Positions 46,994-55,214 of a stretch of DNA of 64,000 nucleotides are shown piece by piece. Below the pieces are notes generated by a model. It saw nothing but the letters and a program-made list of their open reading frames with translations. It did no database searches and was not told the DNA's origin. The stretch is taken from contig JAFLEE010000006.1 of NCBI GenBank assembly GCA_017302015.1, positions 1 to 64,000 of the forward strand, read 5' to 3'. Both the position numbers and the translations under genes were made by a program. The stretch is from Spirochaetota bacterium (GTDB taxonomy: Bacteria > Spirochaetota > UBA12135 > COTS27 > JAFLEE01). Within the stretch, counting starts at the first letter, position 1; every line of letters starts with the position of its first letter.

Positions 46994-47878
46994 TTACCCA
47001 ATCATCCCCTGGATCGCCGCGAGGCTTCGCCTAGCCGATCGGTCCAGGTTCTCTTCGTTCCCGCCGCCGCGAAGGGGCGAACACATCTCATAAGCGACAT
47101 AGCCGTCGAACCCGCCATCCCGGAGGCCGCGCAGGAATGCAGCGTTGTCGATCACCCCATCACCCAGGGGTACGGCGCGCAGGGCGTCGGCTTCCCGGAC
47201 GTATTGGACGATATCGGGCTGGTATTTGAATCGGCGCAGGCGCACGTAGTCCGCGAGGGTCGTCTGGACCATCCGCGGCGCGAGCGAGCGTGCGGCGGCG
47301 TAGAGATCGTCGCCGTGGAGCGCGGGGGCCCAGGGATCGAACATGGCCTTGCAGGCCGGGTGGGCGACCTCCTCCAGAAATTCGGAATAGGCCTCGAAGG
47401 CCACGCCGAGATCGTGGTGGTTCTGGAGCCCGATGCAGACTCCATGGCGTTCGGCAATTTCGGCGCATTCACGCACGGCGGAAACGCAATCGGCCCATTC
47501 CTTCCCGTGGGAGCCCTCCGCGTGGCGGTAGCCCGTGAAGATGCGCACGATCTTCGCGCCCAGTTCTGCGGCCAAACGGCAAAGGGACTCGACATAAACC
47601 CATTGGATCTCGACGCAGGGCGTTCCCGCGGAGGCGGGCGCCGTGAAATCGGTATACGCCGCGACGGAGGCGATCTCGATCTGGCATTCCTGGGCGGTGC
47701 GCCGGACGCGCTGGGCCTCGGAAGGCGAGGTATCGATGGGGGAGAGGTGGGGACGCTTCCCCATCAGTTCCACCGCGCTATAGCCGAGGGCCGCGGCTTT
47801 TCGGATGAACGCATCCACCCCGAGGCGATGTTGGCCCCAGAGTCCGGCGTAGCTGACGGAGAAGAGCGTGGGTTTCAT
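46994..47878 (-). CDS. Sugar phosphate isomerase/epimerase (xylose isomerase-like TIM barrel)
   Basis: 294 aa with GYSAVEL...VRIFTG...GLQNHH blocks. Confidence 0.75.
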   Translation of the reverse strand: MKPTLFSVSYAGLWGQHRLGVDAFIRKAAALGYSAVELMGKRPHLSPIDTSPSEAQRVRRTAQECQIEIASVAAYTDFTAPASAGTPCVEIQWVYVESLCRLAAELGAKIVRIFTGYRHAEGSHGKEWADCVSAVRECAEIAERHGVCIGLQNHHDLGVAFEAYSEFLEEVAHPACKAMFDPWAPALHGDDLYAAARSLAPRMVQTTLADYVRLRRFKYQPDIVQYVREADALRAVPLGDGVIDNAAFLRGLRDGGFDGYVAYEMCSPLRGGGNEENLDRSARRSLAAIQGMIG

Positions 47879-47985
47879 GGGGATCCTCCGTGGATGGATG
47901 GTTTTTACTGCGGCGGCGCGGAGGATGGGATGCTTTCCCGGGTCCGCCTGTTCTTCGCGCCACCGAGCCGTCGCCCCGTGCCCGA

Positions 47986-49068
47986 TCAGCCCGCGGGGTG
48001 GCTTTGGATCGGGAGTCCCGCCTTTTCCCGGATGCGTTCGAGCACCGCGATGCGCCGGCGGATCTCAGCGGGCGGGATGGCCAACGGCAACCCGCGGGTG
48101 AGGCTCGCGTGGAGTTTGTCGTAGAAGGCGAGATCGTACTCGGGAGGGGGCGGAGCGCCCGCGCCCGCGGGGGCCGTTTCCGCCGCCCACGAGGCCGTCT
48201 GCCAATCGATCTTCTCGGAATTATAGGAGCGGTCGGGGGTCGGTCGGAGATCGAGGGGACGGGGGGGCATGGCGGCGAGGTCGGCCCATTTCCATTCCAG
48301 GCGCTGTTCGCTGCCGTGGAGGCCCCCGCTCGTGCCGCTGACGACCCAGCGGTCCTGGGGGTAGGCCCAGACATCGGTGAGTTCCACCTCGACGGTGGGA
48401 TGCCCGGCCCCGTAGAGGATGAACTTCAGGTGGTCCTCCGCGTCGCCGCTGCAGAGGTTCCGGCTGGCTTGGGCCCACACTTCCGGCTCCCCGTCGCCGA
48501 AGAGGCAGAGGGCGTGGTCGAGGGGATGGGGCCCATTATTATTGAGCGCGCCCCCGGCGAAGGCCCGGTCGGTTTGCCAGTCCCATCGCCGCTTGAATCC
48601 GTGCCAGCAGGTGCGCACGTGGACGATCCGCCCGAGGATGCCGGAGTCGAGGACCTCCTTCACCTTCAGGAAATCTTTCTGGAACCGGCGCTGCTGGAAG
48701 GGCGCCACGATTTTCCCGGCCCGGTCGGCGGCGGCCATGAGGCCGTCCACGTCGGCGACGGTGAGCCCGAAGGGCTTCTCGCAGAGCACGTGCTTCCCGG
48801 CCTCCAGGGCCTGGCGCGCGTGGAGAGCGTGCAAGTGGTTGAACGTGGCCACCACCACGAGTTCCACCTCCGCATCCGCCAGGAGCGAGGGGAGGTCGGG
48901 ATGGACCCGGCACCCCAAGGCCTCGGCGCTCTTGGCCGAGCGCTCGGGGACCGCGTCGGTGACGGAGACGATCTTGAACTGCTCGGGCCGCTGAAGCATC
49001 GCGTTGGCGTGGATGTCCCAACCGCTGCGGCCGAGGCCGATGATGCCGACTCGAATGGGTTTGCTCAT
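47986..49068 (-). CDS. Gfo/Idh/MocA family NAD(P)-dependent oxidoreductase
   Basis: N-terminal IRVGIIGLGRSGWDIHA Rossmann motif and EKPFGLTVADVD, the conserved Gfo/Idh/MocA block. Confidence 0.8.
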   Translation of the reverse strand: MSKPIRVGIIGLGRSGWDIHANAMLQRPEQFKIVSVTDAVPERSAKSAEALGCRVHPDLPSLLADAEVELVVVATFNHLHALHARQALEAGKHVLCEKPFGLTVADVDGLMAAADRAGKIVAPFQQRRFQKDFLKVKEVLDSGILGRIVHVRTCWHGFKRRWDWQTDRAFAGGALNNNGPHPLDHALCLFGDGEPEVWAQASRNLCSGDAEDHLKFILYGAGHPTVEVELTDVWAYPQDRWVVSGTSGGLHGSEQRLEWKWADLAAMPPRPLDLRPTPDRSYNSEKIDWQTASWAAETAPAGAGAPPPPEYDLAFYDKLHASLTRGLPLAIPPAEIRRRIAVLERIREKAGLPIQSHPAG

Positions 49069-49090
49069 GGGGGGTTCCTCCGGATTTCGC

Positions 49091-49933
49091 TTAAGGGATA
49101 TAGGCGCGGAGCACGGCCCCGACGCGTTTGGAAACGTCCAAGGCCGGCATCGACTCGAAAGGCTTCCAAAACGGCTCGCAGGAGACCGGGCCGTCGAAGC
49201 CCGTTTTTTTCAGCGCGTCGCAGAAGCCCGCGAGGTCGGCGACGCCCTCCCCGGGGAGGGCGCGCTCGAAGGCCACCTGCTCGGCGAGCGGCCGCTGCGG
49301 CGCATCGGCGAGGTGGGCGCTGACGATGCGGGAAGCGGGCAGGGCCGCCACGGCGCCGGGGGTCTCCCCCGCGCAATGCCAGTGGAAGCTATCCAAGAGG
49401 AGGCCCACATTGGGTGCGCCCGCCTCGTCCAGCAGCCGTAGGGTGCCCGCCATATCATAGAGGAACTCGTGCTTCTGCCCCGCGCGGCGGGTCGGTTGCG
49501 AGACGTATTCCACGCCGATGCGAATCCCAAAGGGAGCCAAGGCCGCTCCGGCTTGGCGCAGTCGCGCGAGGCTCAGGGCATAGCAGGCATCGAAGGCCAG
49601 GCACTCGTGGAAGGGCAGCATGACGATGAAGGTGCGCGTGAAGCCGAGTTCCTTCCCCAGCGCGGCCCGGGGCGCGAGGCAAGCGAGCAGGTCGTCCCAT
49701 TCCTTTTGCTCGGCGCTCAGGCGCACGGGGAGAAGCCCGCTTAAAAAACCGGGCTTCAGCCCGTATTCGGCCATGAGGCGCTTGACCGTACCGGGACCCT
49801 GGGCGGCCTCAAAATCCTGGACGGACTTCATGCTGAGGTCCAACCCCTCGAAACCCCCCTCTTTGGCCAGGGCGAATAGTTTTTCCAAGGGTTCCTTGAT
49901 ACCGAGCATGCCGGGGCTGAAACTTCGAAACAT
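49091..49933 (-). CDS. Sugar phosphate isomerase/epimerase (xylose isomerase-like TIM barrel)
   Basis: 280 aa with GFEGLDL...LLDSFHWHCAGE blocks. Confidence 0.7.
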   Translation of the reverse strand: MFRSFSPGMLGIKEPLEKLFALAKEGGFEGLDLSMKSVQDFEAAQGPGTVKRLMAEYGLKPGFLSGLLPVRLSAEQKEWDDLLACLAPRAALGKELGFTRTFIVMLPFHECLAFDACYALSLARLRQAGAALAPFGIRIGVEYVSQPTRRAGQKHEFLYDMAGTLRLLDEAGAPNVGLLLDSFHWHCAGETPGAVAALPASRIVSAHLADAPQRPLAEQVAFERALPGEGVADLAGFCDALKKTGFDGPVSCEPFWKPFESMPALDVSKRVGAVLRAYIP

Positions 49934-50034
49934 AAGGGTGCTTCCTTTGCTGGTTTATTTGTGAAGCGATAAATGAGTATGCTTCAAAACAACAGGGTTA
50001 ACAATAGGACAAATCTGAAAAAGGTGGTATATTT
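49934..50034. promoter_or_regulatory. AT-rich divergent promoter region between the isomerase/oxidoreductase operon and its AraC regulator
   Basis: A 100-bp stretch (…TTTATTTGTGAAGCGATAAATGAGTATGCTTCAAAACAACAGGGTTAACAATAGGACAAATC…) of unusually low GC between two divergently oriented start codons. Confidence 0.45.
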
Positions 50035-50841
50035 TTGATCATGGAATCCCTCCCGTGCCTATTCCTCGATTGGGCGAAGCGTCGGCCATCCCTGGAGCAG
50101 ATCCACCGGGATAAGCGGTTTCCCGGCCATGAATACGCGTATAACGACCCCAATTGCCTGGCTATCATCCTCCACGATTGGGCGGGCGACGTCTGGCTCG
50201 ACGGGCGACACCATGCCCTAGCGCGTAGGACGGTGAGTCTCGTGCCGGTGGGGGTGCGTCGGGTGTTCCGCCCGCGGGAGGCGGGTTGGCATCGGGTGGT
50301 CAATTTCGCCGGCCTCCATGTCACGGAGCCGGTGTTCCTGGCCTTGGGCCCCGACTTCGACCGCCTCTGCCGGATCTACGACGAGAGCCTCTCCTGTTTC
50401 GGCTCCGAGCGGTCGCGCGCCGAACTCAAGGCATGGGAACTGCTCTGGGAACTCGCGGATGTGGCGGACCTCGGGGAAGGCGCGGGGGCGTCTTCGCACC
50501 TCGTGCGCCGGGTCCTCGGTGCCATCTCCCTGCGGCTATCGCAAGAGATCACGGTCGGGGGCCTGGCGAAGGAACTCGGGGTGTCCCACGCCCACCTCTG
50601 CCGGATCTTCCGCCGGGAACTCGGCATTTCCGTGGTCGCACATCTGCGCAACCGGCGCATGGACCTCGCGCGCCATCTGCTGACGCGCACCACCCAGCCG
50701 GTGCGCGAGGTGGCCGCGGTCTGCGGCATCCCCGATGCCCAGCATTTCAATAAGACCGTGCGCCGCAGTTTCGGCTGTTCGCCAAGCGCCTTGAGGCGTC
50801 GCGCTTTTCCGGCGCAAGGTGGCGCGGAAACGGTGACTTGA
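50035..50841 (+). CDS. AraC family transcriptional regulator
   Basis: C-terminal AraC HTH (…GGLAKELGVSHAHLCRIFRRELGISVVAHLRNRRMDLARHLLTRTTQPVREVAAVCGIPDAQHFNKTVRRSFGCSPS…). Confidence 0.8.
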   Translation: MIMESLPCLFLDWAKRRPSLEQIHRDKRFPGHEYAYNDPNCLAIILHDWAGDVWLDGRHHALARRTVSLVPVGVRRVFRPREAGWHRVVNFAGLHVTEPVFLALGPDFDRLCRIYDESLSCFGSERSRAELKAWELLWELADVADLGEGAGASSHLVRRVLGAISLRLSQEITVGGLAKELGVSHAHLCRIFRRELGISVVAHLRNRRMDLARHLLTRTTQPVREVAAVCGIPDAQHFNKTVRRSFGCSPSALRRRAFPAQGGAETVT

Positions 50842-51101
50842 AGCGAAAGGCTGTGGGCCACAGCGACCCATGGGAAAATAGCCCATGCCGATGGGGTCGA
50901 AAGGGATTCCAACCACGATCCGAGGCTAGGGACGGATGCGGAGGGTTGCCCCCTGAAGGCGCAATAGCCTCTCGAGTCGTCGAGCCCAGGCGAACGCTTC
51001 GGCGTTTTTGCATCGCGGCCGTCGGCCCCAAGTATCGCGGCGGGAACGGCCCATCCCATTCCCATCGTCCCGAGTTCTCCAAGAAAGGTAGGTGACCCTC
51101 C

Positions 51102-51554
51102 ATGACCACGGCGCAACATGATCCGTCGCTCCTCTTTCCCCCGTCCGTGGAGATCCGGAACTCGCCCATCGAGGGCCGCGGCGTCTTCGCGCGGGCGCGC
51201 ATCGCCGCCGGGGTGAGGCTCTTGGAATACACCGGGGAGGTCATCCTCTGGGCCGATGCGGCCCAGGACGAGGAGCACTTCTACGATTTCGAATTGGACG
51301 AGTCCCGCGTCCTGCGACCCCGGGAGAACGAGTGCACGGCGATGTATGTGAACCATTCCTGCGATCCCAATTGCGAGACCCACCAGGAGGGCGACCGCCT
51401 CTTCTACGAGACCCTCCGGGAGATCGCCCCGGGGGAGGAGCTCTCCGTCAATTATTTCGTTCAGATCGAGGGGGCGACCCTCGAGGAAGGGCTGCGGGAT
51501 TACGCCTGCCGCTGCGGTTCCCCGGCGTGCAAGGGGACGATGCTCGACGTCTGA
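51102..51554 (+). CDS. SET domain protein (putative protein-lysine methyltransferase)
   Basis: 150 aa with the core SET motifs GRGVFA, ELDESRVL and NHSCDPNC, plus a post-SET Cys cluster CRCGSPACKG. Confidence 0.8.
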   Translation: MTTAQHDPSLLFPPSVEIRNSPIEGRGVFARARIAAGVRLLEYTGEVILWADAAQDEEHFYDFELDESRVLRPRENECTAMYVNHSCDPNCETHQEGDRLFYETLREIAPGEELSVNYFVQIEGATLEEGLRDYACRCGSPACKGTMLDV

Positions 51555-51570
51555 GGGCCCCGGGGACCGC

Positions 51571-52359
51571 CTAGTCCGTCTCCCCGATGATCGAGTTCAT
51601 GAAGCGCTCGACGCCCGATGCCGCGGGATCCTCGGGGCCGATCTTGGGCAACCATCCCTTCCGCACATCCTCCAAACGGATGCCCTCGACCTTCAGTTTG
51701 GTGCGGATGGCGTTGAAGGGCCGCCCGGTCTGGAGGGCCACCTCTTTCAGCGGGGTTCCCTCGGCCAGGAGGCCCAGGGTGCGGGAGAGTTCTTCCGGCG
51801 TCCAGGGCTTCACTTCCGCTACTTTGCGCCGGCGCCCCCCTGCCCCCTTGATGGCGTAGACCTTCTTTTCTTTCGGACCCAACGTCTTGCGCAGTTCCCG
51901 GAGGCGGATGCCTTCCTGGAAGGCCCGCTGGCGCACGGCGGTCGCCTTGCGGCCCAGTTCGGCGGCGACCTCCTGGATGGTCTTCCCGGCCTGGAGGCTT
52001 TCTTTGAGCCGCGCGATTTCATCCGCGCGCCAAGCGTTCTTTCGTTGGGCGCGGTTTTCACGCGTCGCGCTCGGGCCAAATGCCTGCGCATCGGCTTCGT
52101 AGGCGCTCTTCAATGCCCGGATTTGCTCCGACATCCTGGCTTCGACCGCCCGGACGCGGGCCTGGGAGAGGGTTTGGATCTGCTTCTCTTCCTCTTCGAT
52201 GGTGAGGAGGAGTCCCTCGAGGGCCCGGGTGAGTTTGGAGACGCCCGCCTCTAATTTGAGGAGGCTTTTGCGCGTTCGGGCGGCGTTCAATTTGGATCTT
52301 CGAGGCAAAGGAGAACTCCTGGGCGCATGGTCAGGTTCGGGGTCGAAGCCGGGGCGCAT
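51571..52359 (-). CDS. Hypothetical DNA-binding protein with two GcrA-like (WT.EE...G....IA..LG....NAV..K...LG) HTH repeats
   Basis: The regions NAWRADEIARLKESLQAGKTIQEVAAELGRKATAVRQRAFQEGIRL and KPWTPEELSRTLGLLAEGTPLKEVALQTGRPFNAIRTKLKVEGIRL both follow the GcrA N-terminal DNA-binding pattern. The N-terminus is coiled-coil. Local GC is lower than in surrounding genes. Confidence 0.45.
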   Translation of the reverse strand: MRPGFDPEPDHAPRSSPLPRRSKLNAARTRKSLLKLEAGVSKLTRALEGLLLTIEEEEKQIQTLSQARVRAVEARMSEQIRALKSAYEADAQAFGPSATRENRAQRKNAWRADEIARLKESLQAGKTIQEVAAELGRKATAVRQRAFQEGIRLRELRKTLGPKEKKVYAIKGAGGRRRKVAEVKPWTPEELSRTLGLLAEGTPLKEVALQTGRPFNAIRTKLKVEGIRLEDVRKGWLPKIGPEDPAASGVERFMNSIIGETD

Positions 52360-52646
52360 CGCTCAAATTTTCACGGCGCCCATTGATAAAACTACGTTTG
52401 TGCCACATTTCTGGGCGTGGGTTAGGGGCGCAGGTCCTCCTAAGCATTCTTGTGCGCAGCCAAAACGGGGGCAGAAGAGCCCGGGCGTATCGAGACGGTA
52501 CGAAGTGCAGCTACAAAGAATCTACGCCATCTTCGAAATTATAATCTGAAGCAGGAAGGAAGGAAATCCGCGCCCAACAGGTCCGGGTGGCTCCGGTTCG
52601 ATCGGCCCGCGGAGCTTCCCCGCCCCGCAGGCGCGGGAGGGGCCGC

Positions 52647-54209
52647 TCAACGGTACGTCAGCCTGCAATGGGGGAACTTTTCCCGGATCGCGTCGGCCCC
52701 GGCGCGGGTGACCGAGGTCTCGATCAGCGTCATTTCTTCCATCTTGGCGGCGCGGAGCAGGAAATCCTTGATGCCGCCATCGGTGATGCCGGGGCAATTG
52801 CTGAAGAAGAAGTGCGGTTGCACGGCGAAGAAGGGCGCCACATTCGTCAAAAAATGGTCGGTGACCAAACCGCTGGTGACGCCGAAGAAGCGGAGGCCCG
52901 GATGGTTGGTGCAAAGGTAGAGGTAGGAGGCATCGGTGACCGCCGTGCCGAAGAACTCGATGCGCGGTGCCTGGGGGCGCTGGAGGCCCGCCTTCATGTG
53001 GCGGTTGGAAACCTCCGCGCCGAAGACGCGCAAGACGTCGTTGGATTCCATGCGCACGATGCATTGGGGCTGGAGGCTTCGGATGCGCTGGAGGGCCGCG
53101 GGGGAAAGGGGGTTCTCCGAGAGGTCGAGTTCGGAAAATCGCGCCGGCACCAGGCCGAGGATCGTGGCGAGGCAATCGCCGAGGAGGTTGCCGTCGAGAA
53201 CCAAGGTGCGGAGGCCGGGGTTCGCCCACAGGGCGGATGGGACTCCCTCGCAGGTGAGGAGGCACTCGTTGACCCCATTGCCGGAGCGCTTGAGGGTTTC
53301 CAGCCGGTTCAAGGATGCCACGCCGAGGGCGAAGGAGCGGTCGGAGGTGAACGTGCGCGAGAAGTCGAGGTAGCGCAGGTCCTTGTTCCGGGCGGTGACC
53401 GCGAGGATGACCGCATCGGAGAGATGGGCGCATTGGCTGAGATCGAGGGCGACGAGCTTCGTGTGGTTCTGGAGCCCGCCCAAGAAGCCCGCTTCGGAAA
53501 TCGCGGCGCCCGCGTGGAGGTCGAGTGCGGCGAGGTTGGTCATGCGCGCCAAGAGTTCGAGGGCGAAACGGTCGGTCAATCGGGCGTTACGCAGGCGGAA
53601 GGCCCGCAGGGTTTCCGGCGAGGGAATGGCGGCGAGGAGTTCCTCGTCGCCGAAGGGGCGATCGCCCAGGTCGACGTATTGGAGTTCGCCGCGGTCGAGG
53701 AAGGTCTTGGCGAGGTAGGCCGCGCTGTCCAGGGCGTTGAGGTCCTGGGCGGCCTTGCAGGCCTCGAGTTCCCGCGCGAGGCTCCCCGCGGACGCGGCCA
53801 GCGCGTCGAGCGTGGGCGCCGACCGCTCGGCGCGGGCGACCGTTTTCCCGGATTCCGCCTCGAGGAGCCGGGCGGCGAATTGGAAGGCGCCGTTCGACCG
53901 GGACAGGCTGGCTTGGAGGACGAAATTGGCCCCCATGAGTCTCCCGAAATAGGGCGCCCGGGAGGACGCCGGCGCGTTCGATGCGCGGTCCTCCAGGGAC
54001 CGCCACAGGGGTTCGAAGCCCCCACGGGGGTCCAGGGGCCGTATTTTATTTCCGGAAAGGAACTCCCCGCGCAAGCCCTCGCGGAACACGGACGCCTGGG
54101 CCCCGGGAAGATCCGCGGTGGATTGGATCCAGAGGATGGCCGAGGCATTTTGGCCGAAGGCGGCGGCGATGCAGAACGCCATCCCCATCGCGGTGCTTTT
54201 TGAGAACAT
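52647..54209 (-). CDS. Secreted leucine-rich repeat (LRR) protein
   Basis: Signal peptide MFSKSTAMGMAFCIAAAFG from ATG 54209. The central region has repeated L..L.L..C..L.D... units (…LAALDLHAGAAISEAGF…LVALDLSQCAHLSDAVI…LRYLDFSRT…LRTLVLDGNLLGD…LDLSENPLS…). Confidence 0.55.
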   Translation of the reverse strand: MFSKSTAMGMAFCIAAAFGQNASAILWIQSTADLPGAQASVFREGLRGEFLSGNKIRPLDPRGGFEPLWRSLEDRASNAPASSRAPYFGRLMGANFVLQASLSRSNGAFQFAARLLEAESGKTVARAERSAPTLDALAASAGSLARELEACKAAQDLNALDSAAYLAKTFLDRGELQYVDLGDRPFGDEELLAAIPSPETLRAFRLRNARLTDRFALELLARMTNLAALDLHAGAAISEAGFLGGLQNHTKLVALDLSQCAHLSDAVILAVTARNKDLRYLDFSRTFTSDRSFALGVASLNRLETLKRSGNGVNECLLTCEGVPSALWANPGLRTLVLDGNLLGDCLATILGLVPARFSELDLSENPLSPAALQRIRSLQPQCIVRMESNDVLRVFGAEVSNRHMKAGLQRPQAPRIEFFGTAVTDASYLYLCTNHPGLRFFGVTSGLVTDHFLTNVAPFFAVQPHFFFSNCPGITDGGIKDFLLRAAKMEEMTLIETSVTRAGADAIREKFPHCRLTYR

Positions 54210-54445
54210 CAGGTCGGATCCTTCGGTGGAATCGCCGCGTCTCGCCAAAAAGAGGTTGGGAAATTGTACGATGGCGGAATAGACCGGCTCCCTGGGGATG
54301 GGGAACCGCTTTCCGCGGCCTCGGACACGATTTCCGCGAAGACGAATCAACGCTTCCCGCGAAGGCCAGAAATTGACAGCGGGGCCGGTGGACCGTATGC
54401 TCTCCAGCGGGCCCGATCCGGGTGGAATCCCCAGGAATGATCTAG

Positions 54446-54973
54446 ATGAAAAACAGAATGAGTCTGACGACCTTCTCGCTCTTTTCCCTTCTTTTTTTCG
54501 CGTCAGCGGATTACCTGGTCGCCGGCGACTATTCCAAGGCCTACGAATACCTCCAGAAGGACCCCAAGAAGCACGAGGCCGAATTGCGCCTGATCCTCCC
54601 GACCCTCGATCCGGGGGATCGGATGGCCCTGTACGGTTTCGCCCAAAAAGATATCCTCCCGGGTTATCTGGTGAATTGGCTCCTCGGGTTGGGCATCGGT
54701 TCCTTCATGCAGGGCGACCCACTGGGCGGCGCCATCGGCTTGACGGGCGACCTCCTCTCCGTGGGCGCGATGGCGACCGGTGTCGCGCTCCTCACGCCCC
54801 CCTACGGCGGCGGAAATTTGACGGCGGCGGCGGTCTGCGCCAGCGCCGGCTTGGTGGTCTACCTCGTCTCCAAGGTCTACCAGATGTTCCGCCCGATCTA
54901 TTTCGTGCAGCGCTATAATGACCAATTGGCCAGGTTCCTCCTCAGCGAGGGAAAATTCCAATGGCGATTCTGA
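54446..54973 (+). CDS. Hypothetical membrane protein
   Basis: 175 aa with an N-terminal signal/TM and three further hydrophobic Gly-rich segments. AT-rich 5' end. Confidence 0.45.
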   Translation: MKNRMSLTTFSLFSLLFFASADYLVAGDYSKAYEYLQKDPKKHEAELRLILPTLDPGDRMALYGFAQKDILPGYLVNWLLGLGIGSFMQGDPLGGAIGLTGDLLSVGAMATGVALLTPPYGGGNLTAAAVCASAGLVVYLVSKVYQMFRPIYFVQRYNDQLARFLLSEGKFQWRF

Positions 54974-55052
54974 GGGCGCCATCCGCCGCGCTCGGGGACG
55001 AGCGCTCGTGCCGCCGCGGAAAGTCGCGCCGAAGCCATCGAGGAGGTCCGGC

Positions 55053-55211
55053 ATGCTCGGGGAAAAGCTTCTAAAATCGGGGATCATCACCCAGGCCCAA
55101 TTGGAGGAATGCCTCGCGGAGCAAGCGGCCTCCGGGAAGCGGATCGGGGAACTCCTCGTGGCCAAGGGCTACGCGACCCAAGCCCAGATAGATGCGGCGC
55201 TGGCGAAATAG
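55053..55211 (+). CDS. Minimal stand-alone MshEN-type (T2SS-E N-terminal, c-di-GMP-binding-like) domain protein
   Basis: 52 aa: MLGEKLLKSGIITQAQLEECLAEQ-AASGK-RIGELLVAKGYATQAQIDAALAK. This is two copies of the 24-residue (R/K)LGxxLLxxGhhxxxxLxxxLxxQ motif separated by a 5-residue spacer. A perfect AGGAGG RBS lies 7 nt upstream of the ATG. Confidence 0.55.
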   Translation: MLGEKLLKSGIITQAQLEECLAEQAASGKRIGELLVAKGYATQAQIDAALAK

Positions 55212-55214
55212 CCT

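Noticed and set aside
50842-51101. Cobalamin or SAM riboswitch upstream of the SET gene
   Set aside because: No B12-box (AGYCMGGAGACCKGCC-like) or SAM-I/II conserved core could be matched. It is retained only as an unspecified structured leader with low interest.
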